Below, piece by piece: positions 40,568 through 52,422 of a stretch of DNA of 64,000 nt. Each line of letters opens with the position of its first letter. Positions within the stretch are counted from its first letter, which is position 1. The position numbers and the translations under genes are program-made. The stretch spans positions 2,511 to 66,510 of the forward strand of contig CBFIHS010000004.1 in the NCBI GenBank assembly GCA_965662565.1, given 5' to 3'. This stretch comes from Pseudohongiellaceae bacterium. Lineage in GTDB: Bacteria > Pseudomonadota > Gammaproteobacteria > Pseudomonadales > Pseudohongiellaceae. The notes under the pieces are model-generated. The model saw only the letters and a list, made by a program, of their open reading frames with translations. It had not been told where the DNA came from and searched no databases.

Positions 40568-41356
40568 TTAGTGTAGAGTCTTGTTATGAGGATTATTAGG
40601 GGCTAACCGAGCGCTATCACCTATCGCAAAACCCTTTGGCTGTTTTACCATAGATCTCCATGGCTCACGAATTGGAGTAATTGTGTGCACTTGTTTAAGA
40701 GCTGAGATCACATAAATCCCTCCTGTGGGCCAATTTAAACGTTGTGCTATTCGACTGAGAAAAGATGAATATTTGATTAGGCGACTGTTGTTTACAGGTA
40801 AGGAATAAAGACCGTAATTTACCGAATCAACTTTTAGATTCAACAACTTTAACCAGTCACATAAACGCATACTACTGAGTAAATTAGCTTGCCAAGGGTT
40901 ATTTTTATTTTTACGGCTGAGCTTCTGCCGTATTCCCCATGTGCTAAAAGGATTGAAGCCTATGATTAAAAGGTGCCCCCCTGCTATCAACACTCTATCC
41001 ACTTCTCTAAGCAGTTGATGCGGGTCTTCGGAATAATCGAGAACATGGTGTAGCACCACCATATCGACAGAATCTGAGGCCAAAGGTATAGATTCGGCTT
41101 GCCCTACTAAACCACCTGAACTGGTATTTTCAGAAGGAGTTAAACAGAATTTGTGACCAATAGGACTGTCTTCATGTATTACGACATCTGCACAACTCAG
41201 CTGCAATAAATGATAACCAAAGCGTCGGTTCATCATTCCTTCTAAAAGCTCTGATTCAGCTTTCAGTAAAGTTTGACCCAGCGGGGTTTTAAGCCAGTCG
41301 GTCATATTACTGAACAGCGAGTTTTCCATAATTTTTCTATCTTGCATGGCAGTCAT
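40568..41356 (-). CDS. Class I SAM-dependent methyltransferase-like protein
   Basis: 262 aa. [40 protein letters not shown] is a methyltransferase type-11-like segment. Divergent from gloB. Confidence 0.7.
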   Translation of the reverse strand: MTAMQDRKIMENSLFSNMTDWLKTPLGQTLLKAESELLEGMMNRRFGYHLLQLSCADVVIHEDSPIGHKFCLTPSENTSSGGLVGQAESIPLASDSVDMVVLHHVLDYSEDPHQLLREVDRVLIAGGHLLIIGFNPFSTWGIRQKLSRKNKNNPWQANLLSSMRLCDWLKLLNLKVDSVNYGLYSLPVNNSRLIKYSSFLSRIAQRLNWPTGGIYVISALKQVHTITPIREPWRSMVKQPKGFAIGDSARLAPNNPHNKTLH

Positions 41357-41400
41357 GATACCCTATTCCCAAATTTCACTAAAACCAAAACCGAAATAAT

Positions 41401-42189
41401 ATGCTAGAAATTAACCCAATTAAGGCTTTTAACGATAATTACCTTTGGTTATTCAAAGAAGCCGATTCAGCTTCCGCATGCATAGTCGATCCAGGCGATG
41501 CAAAACCAGTTTTAGCTTACCTAAAAAAATATAACTTAAGCCTAGAGGCTATCTTGATCACCCATCATCATGCTGATCATATTGGCGGGGTTGAAGAGCT
41601 ACTTGAACAATATGATGTGCCCGTATATGGCCCAGAATCTTCACACATCCCGTCTATAACTAGGCAAGTTCATGATAGTGATAGTTTTATTGTTGCTAAC
41701 ACCTCATTCAAGGTAATTGAAATACCTGGCCACACTCTAGATCATATTGCCTACTACACTGATTCAGGTGCCTATCAGCCGGATTTGAATACTGAACTAC
41801 CCGCTTTATTTTGTGGTGATACCTTATTTGCTGGTGGATGTGGAAGAATTTTTGAGGGGACAGCTCCAATGATGTTTGAGTCTTTACAGAAATTGGCTCA
41901 ATTAAAACCAGGCACAGAAGTTTTTTGTGCACATGAATACACCTTAAATAACCTTTCCTTCGCTCAAGCTGTAGCGCCAAATGACGAAGCGATAAATAAA
42001 CGTTTCATAATAGAAAGTGAAAAACGCAAAAAAAACTTACCTACTGTGCCCACTAGCATTGAAATTGAATTGAAAACCAACCCTTACCTACGTTGCTCTG
42101 AAAAAATAATAAGACAAAACTTGAATTTGCCAAGCCTTAGCCCGGTAAATGTTTTTGCTGCTTTACGACAATGGAAAGATAACTTTTAA
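41401..42189 (+). CDS. gloB: Hydroxyacylglutathione hydrolase (glyoxalase II)
   Basis: 262 aa. Metallo-beta-lactamase motif ITHHHADHIGG and C-terminal GloB domain. Confidence 0.88.
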   Translation: MLEINPIKAFNDNYLWLFKEADSASACIVDPGDAKPVLAYLKKYNLSLEAILITHHHADHIGGVEELLEQYDVPVYGPESSHIPSITRQVHDSDSFIVANTSFKVIEIPGHTLDHIAYYTDSGAYQPDLNTELPALFCGDTLFAGGCGRIFEGTAPMMFESLQKLAQLKPGTEVFCAHEYTLNNLSFAQAVAPNDEAINKRFIIESEKRKKNLPTVPTSIEIELKTNPYLRCSEKIIRQNLNLPSLSPVNVFAALRQWKDNF

Positions 42190-42206
42190 TTGAATTGAGA
42201 CATTGC

Positions 42207-43805
42207 TTAAGCAGTAACACCAAGCAATGATTTACCTGGAATCGCTTCTAGAAGACTTTTTGTGTAAGCCGCTTGTGGGTTTGAAAAAATATCATGCACA
42301 GCGCCTGTTTCCACAATACGCCCTTCTTTCATAACAATAATTCGGTCTGACAAATACCTCACCACACCTAAATCATGAGAAATAAATAGCATTGTAAGAT
42401 TAAATTTCTCAACCAGTTCCAACAATAGATCTAAAATTTGCGCTTGTATGGTTACGTCCAAGGCAGATACAGGCTCATCAGCGACAATAAATGATGGTTT
42501 AGTAGCGATTGCTCTTCCAATTGCTATACGCTGCCTCTGACCTCCTGAGAACTCATGCGGATAACGCCGAATACTTTCTCGGGCCAGTCCAACTGAGTCC
42601 ATCAATGAAAATATTTCGGCATCTAGATGTTTTTTTGCAACAATTTTATGCAGCAGAAGTGGCTCAGCCAAAGTATCATAGACAGACATTCTTGGATTTA
42701 AGCTGGCATAAGGGTCCTGAAAGATCATCTGCATTTGACGCCTTAAAGGTTTCATTTCCGCCATAGAATAATTACTTATATTGAGCCCATCGAAAGAAAT
42801 TTCACCTTTGTTTAGGTTTAATAAACGTAATATCGCTCTTCCCGTGGTTGATTTACCAGAGCCAGATTCGCCAACCAAACCTAAAATTTCGTGACGTTTT
42901 ATGTTGATTGAAACATCATCGACAGCTTTTATCATTTCTTCGCCTTTATTGCCTTGAAAGTAAACACCCAAATTAGAGACCTGAATCAAATCACTGGAAT
43001 CATTTTGGTTTAACTCTTTTTCAGCAGAAGGAACCGCCGCCAATAATTTTTTCGTATAAGCATGACTTGGCTTATTGAAGATTTGATTTCGATCGCCCTG
43101 TTCAACAAAAACACCATTTTGCATAACCGCAATTTCATCAGCAATGTCAGCAACAACACTGAGATCATGACTTATAAAAATCACGCCAATATTTCTACGC
43201 TCCTGGAGTTCTTTGATTAACTTTAAAATCTGACCTTGAACTGTCACATCTAAGGCTGTTGTAGGCTCATCTGCAATTATAATTTTTGGCTCGGTAACTA
43301 AAGCCATCGCGATCACAACACGTTGACGCATCCCACCTGAGAACTCGAAGGGCCAAGACTTCATTCTTTCAGAAGGATTCTTTATCCCAACTTCCTCTAG
43401 TATTTCGCAGCCTTTTTGCCAAGCTTCTTTTTTACTCATACCAAAATGCAGGCATAATGGTTCAATTAGCTGATCACCGATTTTCATAAAAGGGTTAAGA
43501 GAAGTCATTGGGTCTTGGAAAATAATTGAAATCCCTTTGCCACGAATTTTTCGTAATTCAGATTCTTTTAATTTGAGCAAATCCTGATTCTCAAACATTA
43601 CTGAACCAGATTCAATTTTACCTGGAGGCATTGGCACCAGACCTAACATGCTGTAGCAGGCAACAGATTTACCGGATCCAGATTCACCGATAATCGCTAA
43701 AGTTTTGCCCGCTTCCACATTAAAACTAATACCATCAACAGCCTTTACTATACCGTTGCGAGTATGAAAGTGAATGCGTAAATCTGTTGCCTCTAATAAT
43801 GACAT
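42207..43805 (-). CDS. Peptide/opine/nickel-type ABC transporter, fused double ATP-binding protein
   Basis: 532 aa with two ABC cassettes (GESGSGKSV / GESGSGKST, each with SGGxRQR). Confidence 0.9.
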   Translation of the reverse strand: MSLLEATDLRIHFHTRNGIVKAVDGISFNVEAGKTLAIIGESGSGKSVACYSMLGLVPMPPGKIESGSVMFENQDLLKLKESELRKIRGKGISIIFQDPMTSLNPFMKIGDQLIEPLCLHFGMSKKEAWQKGCEILEEVGIKNPSERMKSWPFEFSGGMRQRVVIAMALVTEPKIIIADEPTTALDVTVQGQILKLIKELQERRNIGVIFISHDLSVVADIADEIAVMQNGVFVEQGDRNQIFNKPSHAYTKKLLAAVPSAEKELNQNDSSDLIQVSNLGVYFQGNKGEEMIKAVDDVSINIKRHEILGLVGESGSGKSTTGRAILRLLNLNKGEISFDGLNISNYSMAEMKPLRRQMQMIFQDPYASLNPRMSVYDTLAEPLLLHKIVAKKHLDAEIFSLMDSVGLARESIRRYPHEFSGGQRQRIAIGRAIATKPSFIVADEPVSALDVTIQAQILDLLLELVEKFNLTMLFISHDLGVVRYLSDRIIVMKEGRIVETGAVHDIFSNPQAAYTKSLLEAIPGKSLLGVTA

Positions 43806-43806
43806 A

Positions 43807-44700
43807 TCAATCCTTAGAAGCCTTTGGATCTAGAGCATCACGCAAACCATCTCCAAGAAAATTTAAGGAAAATAGAGTCAGCGTTAAAGCTAAACCAGGA
43901 AAGATTAGCAACCATGGATACTCTTCCATACTCTCGACCCCATAAGAAATTAATAAGCCCCAGGATGATTGTGGAGGTTGAATACCCAAACCTAAAAAGC
44001 TGAGAAAAGCCTCTAGTAACATAACGTTAGGGATCGTTAATGTCGTGTAAACGATAATCGGACCTAGCGCATTCGGTATTAAGTGCTTTCTAATAATTGC
44101 CATGTGTGAAAGCCCGAGCGAGATCGCAGCTTCTATAAATTCCTGTTGTCGAAGACTTTGAACTTGGCCTCTAACTATTCTGGCCATTATCAACCACTCC
44201 ACAGCTCCTATTGCCAAAAATAACAGAAGTAAATTTCTTCCAAAAATCACCATTAAGAGTACGATAAAAATCATAAATGGGAGCGCATAAAGTATGTCTA
44301 CAAGACGCATCATTAAAGCGTCTATTTTCCCGCCTGCATAACCGGCTACAGCGCCATAAGTCACACCAATAACTAGAGCCACAGAAGTCGCGATAAAACC
44401 CACCATAAGAGAGACACGCCCTCCATATAAAATTCTAGTGAGCATATCGCGACCAAAAGAATCTGTCCCTAACCAATGTGCAAAGGATGGAGCCGAAGCG
44501 CCCAATCTGAGATCTTGTTCTTCATAACCATAGGGACTGACAAAAGGAGCAAAGATACAAATAACAATCATCGCTAGTAAAAAAATCAAACCAATCATAG
44601 CCAGTTTATTTCTTTTTAAGCGTAGCCAAGCATCATCCCAAAGCGAAACACCCTTAGGAAGGTTTACTGAGGCCTCTATTGTTTTTGCATTTTTATTCAT
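43807..44700 (-). CDS. Peptide-type ABC transporter permease (OppC/DppC-like)
   Basis: Six-TM BPD permease. Likely start is MNKNAKT at 44700 (ATGA overlap with the upstream permease stop) rather than 44739. Confidence 0.85.
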   Translation of the reverse strand: MNKNAKTIEASVNLPKGVSLWDDAWLRLKRNKLAMIGLIFLLAMIVICIFAPFVSPYGYEEQDLRLGASAPSFAHWLGTDSFGRDMLTRILYGGRVSLMVGFIATSVALVIGVTYGAVAGYAGGKIDALMMRLVDILYALPFMIFIVLLMVIFGRNLLLLFLAIGAVEWLIMARIVRGQVQSLRQQEFIEAAISLGLSHMAIIRKHLIPNALGPIIVYTTLTIPNVMLLEAFLSFLGLGIQPPQSSWGLLISYGVESMEEYPWLLIFPGLALTLTLFSLNFLGDGLRDALDPKASKD

Positions 44701-45629
44701 GATTTCTTGAATTGATAGCGCAATCTTGGATTCATCCAAGCCGCTAAAATATCGGACAATAGATTAAAGAAAACAATGAGGCTGGCTAAGAACACTGTCG
44801 TACCAAGTATCATTGTGTAATCGCGGTTAAAAGCTGCTTGTATGTAAAAGCGACCGAGCCCAGGCACCTGAAAAACAGTTTCAATCACAAAAGAGCCACT
44901 GAGCAAACCCGCGAAGGCAGGACCAAGAAAAGCCACAACGGGAACTAAGCCTCCTCTAAGAGCATGCTTCAAGATAACTGTGCGCTCAGGTAAGCCTTTT
45001 GCTCGAGCCGTTCTTAAATAATCTTGAGACAGTACTTCTAACATCCCCGCTCGACTTAAGCGTGCAATGTAAGCCGCATACATTGCTCCTAATGTGATGC
45101 TCGGAAGAATTTTGTCACCAGGTATGCTGCCCCAACCAGAGACAGGCAGCCATCCAAGCCAAATTGAAAAAACCAGAACTAATGTCGGACCTAACAAGAA
45201 AGAAGGCATACAAATCCCTATCATTGCTAGACTCATTGGACCGTAATCTTGAATCGTATTAGGTTTTAAAGCGGCAATAACACCAGCAAAAGTACCTATT
45301 AAAAGAGCAATCAATAAGGCATAGAAACCCAGTTCAGCGGTCACTGGTAGACCTTGAAAAATCAGCTCGTTGACACTTCTACCTGGAAAGTTAAAAGACG
45401 GCCCGAACTCACCTTGCGCTAAATCACTCAAATAAGCGAAATATTGCTGATAAGCTGGCAAATCTAGTTTGTACTGAGCTTCGAGAGCAGCTCTAACCTG
45501 ATCAGAAACGGCTTTCTCACTTGAGAATGGGCCTCCTGGGGCAGCTCTTACAAGAAAGAAAGTGATCGTGATAACCGCAAGGATAACTGGAATAGCTTGC
45601 AAAGCTCGAAAGGTAATGAAACGCCACAT
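44697..45629 (-). CDS. Peptide-type ABC transporter permease (OppB/DppB-like)
   Basis: 310 aa. EAA-loop region DYLRTARAKGLPERTVILKHALR. Confidence 0.85.
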   Translation of the reverse strand: MWRFITFRALQAIPVILAVITITFFLVRAAPGGPFSSEKAVSDQVRAALEAQYKLDLPAYQQYFAYLSDLAQGEFGPSFNFPGRSVNELIFQGLPVTAELGFYALLIALLIGTFAGVIAALKPNTIQDYGPMSLAMIGICMPSFLLGPTLVLVFSIWLGWLPVSGWGSIPGDKILPSITLGAMYAAYIARLSRAGMLEVLSQDYLRTARAKGLPERTVILKHALRGGLVPVVAFLGPAFAGLLSGSFVIETVFQVPGLGRFYIQAAFNRDYTMILGTTVFLASLIVFFNLLSDILAAWMNPRLRYQFKKS

Positions 45630-45654
45630 AATATTTTAATTCTTACCTTTGTAA

Positions 45655-47280
45655 TTATTGATCTGCTTCTAGATAAATAGCTTTCCAGTTAAAATGATCC
45701 ATTATATTCGATGGAGCTCCCTTTAAGTCCGGACTCCTTAAGCTCTTAGTTTGATAGATATAAATTGGAATAATCGGCATTTCCTGCATCAAAATTGTTT
45801 CCGCTTCATTGTATAGTTCATAGCGTTTGTCTTTATCTAAAGTCACAGGCGCTTCTGCAAGAACAATCTCATCGTAGCGAGGATTTGAGAAACCGGTATT
45901 GTTGTTGCCTCCCCCTGTAATATACATATCTAAATATGTGTTTGGATCAACATAGTCGCCTGACCATCCTCTTCGAGCGACATCGTAATCCATGTTATCA
46001 ACACTCTCTAAATATACTTGCCATTCCTGGTTCACCAAGGTGACATTGATATTTAATGATTCTCTCCACATTTCTTGAATAGCGATGGCTATGCGACGAT
46101 GGTTTTCCTGTGTGTTGTATAGTATTTCAAAACTAGGGAAGCCTTCGCCATTAGGGTAGCCTGCATCGGCTAAGAGCGCTTTCGCTTGCTCAATATCATA
46201 AGCAAAGGTCACTGGAGGCTCATAACCAGCGGTTCCTGGTGGCGTTAAAAAGTAAGCTGGTTCCATAATATTTTCAAGCACCGTTTCATTGAGTAAATCT
46301 CTATCAACTGCCATTGACAGAGCTCTTCTTACTTTTTCATCTTCGAAAGGAGCCCTACTCGTGTTAATCATGTAATAGTAACTGCTTAAATATGGAGCTA
46401 GTAAAATCAAGTCTGGATTATCCGACAAGTAAACAGGGACCTTATCTAGCGGTACATCTCCAGTTCGATGCAACAAGCCATCTCGAAACATTCGCTCCTC
46501 AGTGATTAAATTTTCAATTGGGTAAAAAACGATAGCATTTAGTTTTACATTGTCGTAATCCCAATAGTCTGAACGTTTAACTACTCTAACATGAGAGTTA
46601 ATCCGCCATTCCTCCAATTCAAATGCTCCATTGGTAACAATATTGCCTTCACGCGACCATCGAGAAAGTCGGTCAGTATAAGAACCAAAAGCTTCCACTG
46701 TCGCCCTATGGACAGGATAAGTGATGTAATGATCCAGTAATTGTAAAAAATAAGGCGTAGGAGCGCGTAATCGAACCTCAAGTGTATAGGTATCTATAAC
46801 CTTAACACCCACTTCAGAAAAGTCTGTAATGCTACCAATTGAGTATTCTTCAGCATTAAGGATTGGATACATCATATAAGAGTTTTGTGCACCCAAGGCA
46901 GGAGTCAATGCGCGTTGCCATGACCAGCGAAAGTCTTCCGCTGTTACTGGGTCGCCATTACTCCAGAAGGCGTTTTCTCTTAAGTGAAAAGTATAGACTT
47001 TACCGTCGGAGCTAATATCCCAGCTCTCAGCCACTCCTGGCTCTGGCTCCAATGTATAAGGGTTCTTAGTCATGAGCCCTTCAAATAAAGAAGTGATTAT
47101 ATGATGTTCAGGAACGCCTGTAGCAAGATGAGGATCAAAGGTCTGGGGCTCTGTGCCGTTCCCGAAGTGTAAAACACCATCTAGTGTTCCTTGTTCTACT
47201 CTACTTAAGCCGCCATCTCCGCCACAAGATGCGAGAAGAAATAATAAAGCTACTAACAGACTTTTATGAAAACTATTCAT
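45655..47280 (-). CDS. Family-5 peptide ABC transporter substrate-binding lipoprotein
   Basis: 541 aa. Lipobox LLASCGG. Family-5 SBP size and position upstream of the permeases. Confidence 0.85.
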   Translation of the reverse strand: MNSFHKSLLVALLFLLASCGGDGGLSRVEQGTLDGVLHFGNGTEPQTFDPHLATGVPEHHIITSLFEGLMTKNPYTLEPEPGVAESWDISSDGKVYTFHLRENAFWSNGDPVTAEDFRWSWQRALTPALGAQNSYMMYPILNAEEYSIGSITDFSEVGVKVIDTYTLEVRLRAPTPYFLQLLDHYITYPVHRATVEAFGSYTDRLSRWSREGNIVTNGAFELEEWRINSHVRVVKRSDYWDYDNVKLNAIVFYPIENLITEERMFRDGLLHRTGDVPLDKVPVYLSDNPDLILLAPYLSSYYYMINTSRAPFEDEKVRRALSMAVDRDLLNETVLENIMEPAYFLTPPGTAGYEPPVTFAYDIEQAKALLADAGYPNGEGFPSFEILYNTQENHRRIAIAIQEMWRESLNINVTLVNQEWQVYLESVDNMDYDVARRGWSGDYVDPNTYLDMYITGGGNNNTGFSNPRYDEIVLAEAPVTLDKDKRYELYNEAETILMQEMPIIPIYIYQTKSLRSPDLKGAPSNIMDHFNWKAIYLEADQ

Positions 47281-47333
47281 TTGTTGATACTTTCCTCAGG
47301 GTTATCGGGAGGTTATCAAAGCTCTTACACAAT

Positions 47334-47356
47334 AAACCCTGAATATCTCAGGGTTT
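47334..47356 (-). terminator. Hairpin downstream of ppiD (possible terminator)
   Basis: AAACCCTGA-ATATC-TCAGGGTTT, a perfect 9-bp stem 39 nt after the ppiD stop. Only a partial T tract follows. Confidence 0.5.
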
Positions 47357-47394
47357 ATGGCTTAATTCAATCAGTATTACTCTTAAAAAAATCG

Positions 47395-49272
47395 CTAGCG
47401 ATCAATATCAGCTTCTTGTTTCAGATAATTCATATAAGCATCAAAATCAGCAGCGGTTGCTTCCTGTATTAGATAGGCTTCGAGATTATCAAGCACAGCA
47501 ACATCAAGTTCATCGATATCGCCAGGAATCACATCTTCCAATTCGACAATTACATAATCACCAAAACTCAATTGTTTACCTTCTACTACAGGGGAGTCTT
47601 CAGGTTTAGACATCGAGAAAATCATTTGTACAATTTCGGGGGAGAGACCTTGGCTACTGCGGGTTAAATTTCTGCCTCCGGTCCATTCTAGCCCTTGTAG
47701 CTCCATTAGGCTGTCAATATTCTGATCATTCTCTATATTGCTTAGAAGCGTCTCGCCTAAGGATTCCGCTTGTTCTTCTGCCTTCTCCCTTCTTAAGCTC
47801 GCTTCTATCTCACCGCGAACTTCTGCTAAAGATTTTAATTGTGGCTCTTTACGTTCTAACAACCTTACCACCACACTTCGAGAGTCATCTAGAGCGATTA
47901 ATTCACTGTTTAGACCATCAAAAATATCAGCACTAAATGCCGTCTCAATTACAGATGGATTTGCTGCTATTCCTATTCCACCAGAGCGATCAAAGAGATC
48001 GGTATTCATAATCTCTAGATCAAGTATTTCTGCCGGTTCCTGCAAGTCAATTGTTTCAAAACTTAGATTACTCAGCTCCTCAGCGCGCGCATCATAAATA
48101 CTGTCTACCCGCTGATCCTGAAGTTCTCGTAATATCCTGTCTCGACTTTCGTCAAAATTAGGTACTTCATTATCCGACATTTCAGTCAATTTTATTAAGT
48201 GGACACCAAATTGAGTTCTTACAGGCTCTGAAACTTGCCCTAATTCTAGTGACTTTAAGGCTGACTCAAATTCATCGACAAAAGCTTCACCCGTTGTATA
48301 ACCCACATCACCACCAAATTCTGCAGAACCTGTATCATCTGAAAACTGAGCAGCTAAATCTTCAAAGCTTTCACCACTATCGATTCGAGTTTTTATGTCT
48401 TGTGCACGACTAATAGCATCTTGAATCTCATTCCCAGAAGCCGCTAAAAGAATATGGGAGGCACGTCTTTCTACTTCGGCTTGCAAATTCAAAAGCTCGG
48501 CATTGTATTGCTCAAGAATATCCTCTTCTGATATTTCAACTTCAGCCAACAAATCATTTTTATTTAGCTCAACGTATTCTAGAGAGACCAAATCATCCTG
48601 CATAAACAAAGAAGGATTATTGTCATAGTAAGTTACGACTTCATCTTCATCGACATTTTGCACTTGCGCAAGCTGAGCAACAGGGATCTGGATAAGCCTG
48701 TAGGTTCGTTTTTCCTCTCTGATTTTTGCTAATGCAGCAACTTCTGACGAAGTAGCAAAGCTGGAGGCGGAAAACACAGTTAACATCTGATTCAAAAGAC
48801 CTTCCCTCTTCAAAGCAGCTCGATAGGAGGCTGGAGTAAAACCAATACTGGTAAGCATCGCTTGTGCCCTTTCATTATTGAAAACACCATCAACCTGGAA
48901 ATCTACAGTTTGTGCTATCTGAGTATCTAAGGTTAATGGAGAAACAGTCACATCATTACTAACTGCATTTTGAATGAGAAGCTCTCTTTGTATAAGGTTT
49001 TCAATAGCTTGCTCTCTAAATTGAGAACTATCAAAACCAGAAAGATCTATATCTGGACCAAGCGAAGAAAGAAGTTGCTGAGAGATTCGTTGAGACTCAC
49101 TCTCAACCTGAGTCTCATCAATAGCGACCCCATTGACGGTAACAGACGAGTTGCTAACGACGAAAGTCCCAACAATACTGTCTAAACCAAATATTGCAAA
49201 AACTAAAATAATAAAAGCTATAAAAACTTTGGCTAAAAGTCCTTTAGAGTTATTTCTGATTGTTTGAAGCAT
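47395..49272 (-). CDS. ppiD: Periplasmic chaperone / peptidyl-prolyl isomerase PpiD
   Basis: 625 aa. N-terminal TM anchor, SurA-N-like region, parvulin-like segment (ASHILL...). Canonical position after hupB. Confidence 0.85.
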   Translation of the reverse strand: MLQTIRNNSKGLLAKVFIAFIILVFAIFGLDSIVGTFVVSNSSVTVNGVAIDETQVESESQRISQQLLSSLGPDIDLSGFDSSQFREQAIENLIQRELLIQNAVSNDVTVSPLTLDTQIAQTVDFQVDGVFNNERAQAMLTSIGFTPASYRAALKREGLLNQMLTVFSASSFATSSEVAALAKIREEKRTYRLIQIPVAQLAQVQNVDEDEVVTYYDNNPSLFMQDDLVSLEYVELNKNDLLAEVEISEEDILEQYNAELLNLQAEVERRASHILLAASGNEIQDAISRAQDIKTRIDSGESFEDLAAQFSDDTGSAEFGGDVGYTTGEAFVDEFESALKSLELGQVSEPVRTQFGVHLIKLTEMSDNEVPNFDESRDRILRELQDQRVDSIYDARAEELSNLSFETIDLQEPAEILDLEIMNTDLFDRSGGIGIAANPSVIETAFSADIFDGLNSELIALDDSRSVVVRLLERKEPQLKSLAEVRGEIEASLRREKAEEQAESLGETLLSNIENDQNIDSLMELQGLEWTGGRNLTRSSQGLSPEIVQMIFSMSKPEDSPVVEGKQLSFGDYVIVELEDVIPGDIDELDVAVLDNLEAYLIQEATAADFDAYMNYLKQEADIDR

Positions 49273-49312
49273 TGTCTAAGTTACCGCAGAATATATTTTA
49301 TTGATTAAACGC

Positions 49313-49339
49313 AAAGGGCGCATCAAAGATGCGCCCTTT
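49313..49339 (-). terminator. Rho-independent-type terminator after hupB
   Basis: AAAGGGCGCATC-AAA-GATGCGCCCTTT, a perfect 12-bp GC-rich stem 47 nt downstream of the hupB stop. Confidence 0.7.
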
Positions 49340-49385
49340 CTGTATTAAGAGGATACAGGAATCAGCCCATATCCTTCACCTCAAA

Positions 49386-49661
49386 TTAAGAATTAACAGA
49401 ATCCTTAAGGGCTTTACCAGCTTTAAAAGAAGGTACTTTTGCAGCTTTAATCTGGATAGGTGCACCAGTCTGAGGATTACGACCAGTACGTGCTGCACGG
49501 TCTTTTACATTAAAAGATCCAAAGCCAACCAAAGCAACTGAATCGCCTGCCTTCAAAGCACCAGTAATAGTATCAGTCATTGCATCTATAGCTCTGGCTG
49601 CTGCTGCTTTAGGTAAATCCGCACTTTCTGCGACTGCATCTATTAGTTCTGATTTATTCAC
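49386..49661 (-). CDS. hupB: DNA-binding protein HU-beta
   Basis: 91 aa, GTG start. [11 protein letters not shown] ... [19 protein letters not shown]. Confidence 0.92.
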   Translation of the reverse strand: MNKSELIDAVAESADLPKAAAARAIDAMTDTITGALKAGDSVALVGFGSFNVKDRAARTGRNPQTGAPIQIKAAKVPSFKAGKALKDSVNS

Positions 49662-49677
49662 ATTATCACCCTTCTCT

Positions 49678-49703
49678 TATAGTTTAAAAATATAGTTTAA
49701 AAA
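49678..49703. repeat. Perfect 13-nt tandem duplication just upstream of hupB
   Basis: TATAGTTTAAAAA TATAGTTTAAAAA, 17-42 nt upstream of the hupB start. Confidence 0.7.
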
Positions 49704-49927
49704 TTAAAGTTAATTGAAATTATTGTTATGTTATTAATCGTATTAACTACTACTAAAATTAACTACAACCCAAAATCACTTAACTGCGTTTCAAAAATGA
49801 AATTAGTTTAACTACACCCACTAAAACCTTTTGTATAAAACTCTTTACGATCTACCGTAATATAACGTTTAGAGCTTCGATACTTTATACCAACTGTAGA
49901 AAGTTAATGTCAAGAAATACCCTGTAA

Positions 49928-52375
49928 TTAATGTGTATTGATCTGTTTTTTAGTCTTTCCTTCGATTTCTTTCTCATTTAGCTCCGCTGTAGTTTTTTTA
50001 CCAGTAGAATTTTTATTTTCTACAATAGGTTCTGGCATAAACTGTAATGCAACTTCTAAAACTTCGTCGATCCATTTTAAAGGTTTAATATCAAGATCAG
50101 CTTTAATATTATCTGGAATTTCTTTTAAATCCCGCTCGTTTTCTTTAGGAATGACAACCGTTTTTATTCCACCTCTATGGGCAGCTAACAACTTTTCTTT
50201 TAGACCTCCAATTGGCAAAACTTGACCTCGCAAAGTTATCTCACCAGTCATAGCAACATCTTTCCTAACAGGTATTCCAGTCAAAACTGAAACAATGGCA
50301 GTACACATCCCTATCCCTGCACTTGGTCCATCTTTTGGTGTAGCTCCCTCTGGAACATGAACATGCAAATCCATGCTTTCATGAAAGTTGTCTTTTATCC
50401 CCATGGCGTTTGCCCGACTACGAACTACCGTTAAGGCAGCTTGAATAGACTCCTGCATAATATCGCCTAAAGAGCCTGTCATAGTTGTTTTACCTTTACC
50501 TTGAGTAGCAACAGCTTCAATAGTAAGCAGTTCACCCCCTACCTGAGTCCATGCAAGGCCATTAACTTGACCGATGACATCTTTTTCATCAATTCTGCCG
50601 TAATCGTATTTTTGCACACCAGAATACTGCTCAAGGTTGTCAGTATTGATAGACACGGCTTCAGTTTTACTAGCCTTTTTATCACCCATGCTGCGTTCTT
50701 TTACTACTTTCCGGCACACTTTCGCAATTTCTCTTTCTAAGCCACGAACGCCTGCCTCCTTAGTGTAGTGCCTTATCAAATCTAGTAATGCTTCATCCGG
50801 AAATTCTATTTCATCCTTCTTTAAACCATTATTTTCGACCTGTTTTTTTACAAGATATCGGCTCGCAATATTTAATTTTTCATCTTCCGTATACCCAGGC
50901 AATCGAATTATTTCCATACGATCCAACAAAGGACCAGGGATGTTCATTGAATTAGAGGTACAAATAAACATGACATCACTCAAATCATAATCAACTTCTA
51001 GATAATGATCGTTAAAACTGTGATTCTGCTCTGGATCAAGAACCTCCAGCAAGGCTGAAGCAGGATCACCACGATGATCCATACCCATTTTATCTATTTC
51101 ATCTAAAAGGATTAGTGGATTCTTAACCCCTACTTTAGACAACTTCTGTAATACTTTACCCGGTAGCGATCCGATGTATGTCTTACGATGACCTCTTATC
51201 TCGGCTTCATCTCTAACACCACCAAGAGCCATCCTCACAAACTTTCGCCCTGTGGCTCTAGCAATTGACTCACCCAGAGAAGTCTTCCCAACACCAGGCG
51301 GCCCCACTAAACAAAGTATCGGACCTTTTAACTTTTTAACACGTTTTTGCACAGCCAAGTATTCGAGAATTCTTTCTTTAACTTCTTTTAAACCGTAATG
51401 ATCAGATTCTAAAATGTCTTCAGCCTTATTCAGGTCTGTGCGTATCTTGCTCTTTTTCTTCCATGGAATAGAAACCATCCAATCAAGATATGTGCGAACA
51501 ACTGAAGCCTCAGAAGACATTGGCGACATCATTTTCAACTTATTCAATTCAGATGAAGCCTTATCTTTAGCTTCTTGTGGCATTCCAGCTTCTTCAATTT
51601 TACTGGCGAGCTCATCCACTTCGTTAGGAGCCTCATCAAGCTCTCCCATTTCTTTTTGAATAGCCTTCATCTGTTCATTTAGATAATACTCTCTTTGGCT
51701 TTTTTCCATTTGCTTCTTAACTCGGCCTCGAATACGTTTTTCAACTTGAAAAACATCAATCTCAGCTTCAATTAAAGCCATTAAATGCTCGATACGAGGT
51801 TTTATGTTTGCCAGTTCTAGGATGTTTTGCTTCTCATCAAGCTGCAGAGACATATGAGTTGAAATTGTGTCAACAAGTCGACTGGGGTCATCGATACTCG
51901 TTATAGAAGTCATTACTTCTGGGGATATTTTCTTACTCAGCTGAACGTATTGGTCGAACTGCGACAACAAAGAGCGCACCAAAATATCAGTGTCTTTCTC
52001 ATTGCTAAGATTACCCCCCATAGGGCTAATTTCAGCAGTGTAATAATCTTCATTGAAGTGTAGCTGTTTTATCTTTACACGCTCCACACCTTCAACCAAT
52101 ACTTTAACGGTTCCATCATTTACATGCATTAACTGCAAAACTGATGCAACAGTTCCAATAGTATAAATATCTTCATTACCAGGATTGTCTTCAGAGTGTT
52201 CTTTTTGTGCGGCCAGCAAGACACGCTTATCTGAAGCCATTGCAGCCTTAAGTGCTGCTATTGATTTATCGCGAGCAACAAACAAGGGATGAACAATTTG
52301 GGGGTAAACCACAACTCCACGCAATGGCAAAAATGGTATTTCGTTGCTCAAGGCAGACGTATCCTCTGTATTCAT
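49928..52375 (-). CDS. lon: ATP-dependent Lon protease
   Basis: 815 aa. Walker [10 protein letters not shown] and protease Ser in PKDGPSAG. Confidence 0.95.
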   Translation of the reverse strand: MNTEDTSALSNEIPFLPLRGVVVYPQIVHPLFVARDKSIAALKAAMASDKRVLLAAQKEHSEDNPGNEDIYTIGTVASVLQLMHVNDGTVKVLVEGVERVKIKQLHFNEDYYTAEISPMGGNLSNEKDTDILVRSLLSQFDQYVQLSKKISPEVMTSITSIDDPSRLVDTISTHMSLQLDEKQNILELANIKPRIEHLMALIEAEIDVFQVEKRIRGRVKKQMEKSQREYYLNEQMKAIQKEMGELDEAPNEVDELASKIEEAGMPQEAKDKASSELNKLKMMSPMSSEASVVRTYLDWMVSIPWKKKSKIRTDLNKAEDILESDHYGLKEVKERILEYLAVQKRVKKLKGPILCLVGPPGVGKTSLGESIARATGRKFVRMALGGVRDEAEIRGHRKTYIGSLPGKVLQKLSKVGVKNPLILLDEIDKMGMDHRGDPASALLEVLDPEQNHSFNDHYLEVDYDLSDVMFICTSNSMNIPGPLLDRMEIIRLPGYTEDEKLNIASRYLVKKQVENNGLKKDEIEFPDEALLDLIRHYTKEAGVRGLEREIAKVCRKVVKERSMGDKKASKTEAVSINTDNLEQYSGVQKYDYGRIDEKDVIGQVNGLAWTQVGGELLTIEAVATQGKGKTTMTGSLGDIMQESIQAALTVVRSRANAMGIKDNFHESMDLHVHVPEGATPKDGPSAGIGMCTAIVSVLTGIPVRKDVAMTGEITLRGQVLPIGGLKEKLLAAHRGGIKTVVIPKENERDLKEIPDNIKADLDIKPLKWIDEVLEVALQFMPEPIVENKNSTGKKTTAELNEKEIEGKTKKQINTH

Positions 52376-52422
52376 TTAACGTTTCCAATGCTCATGAAGA
52401 GCAATATTAGTTTAGCTTGATA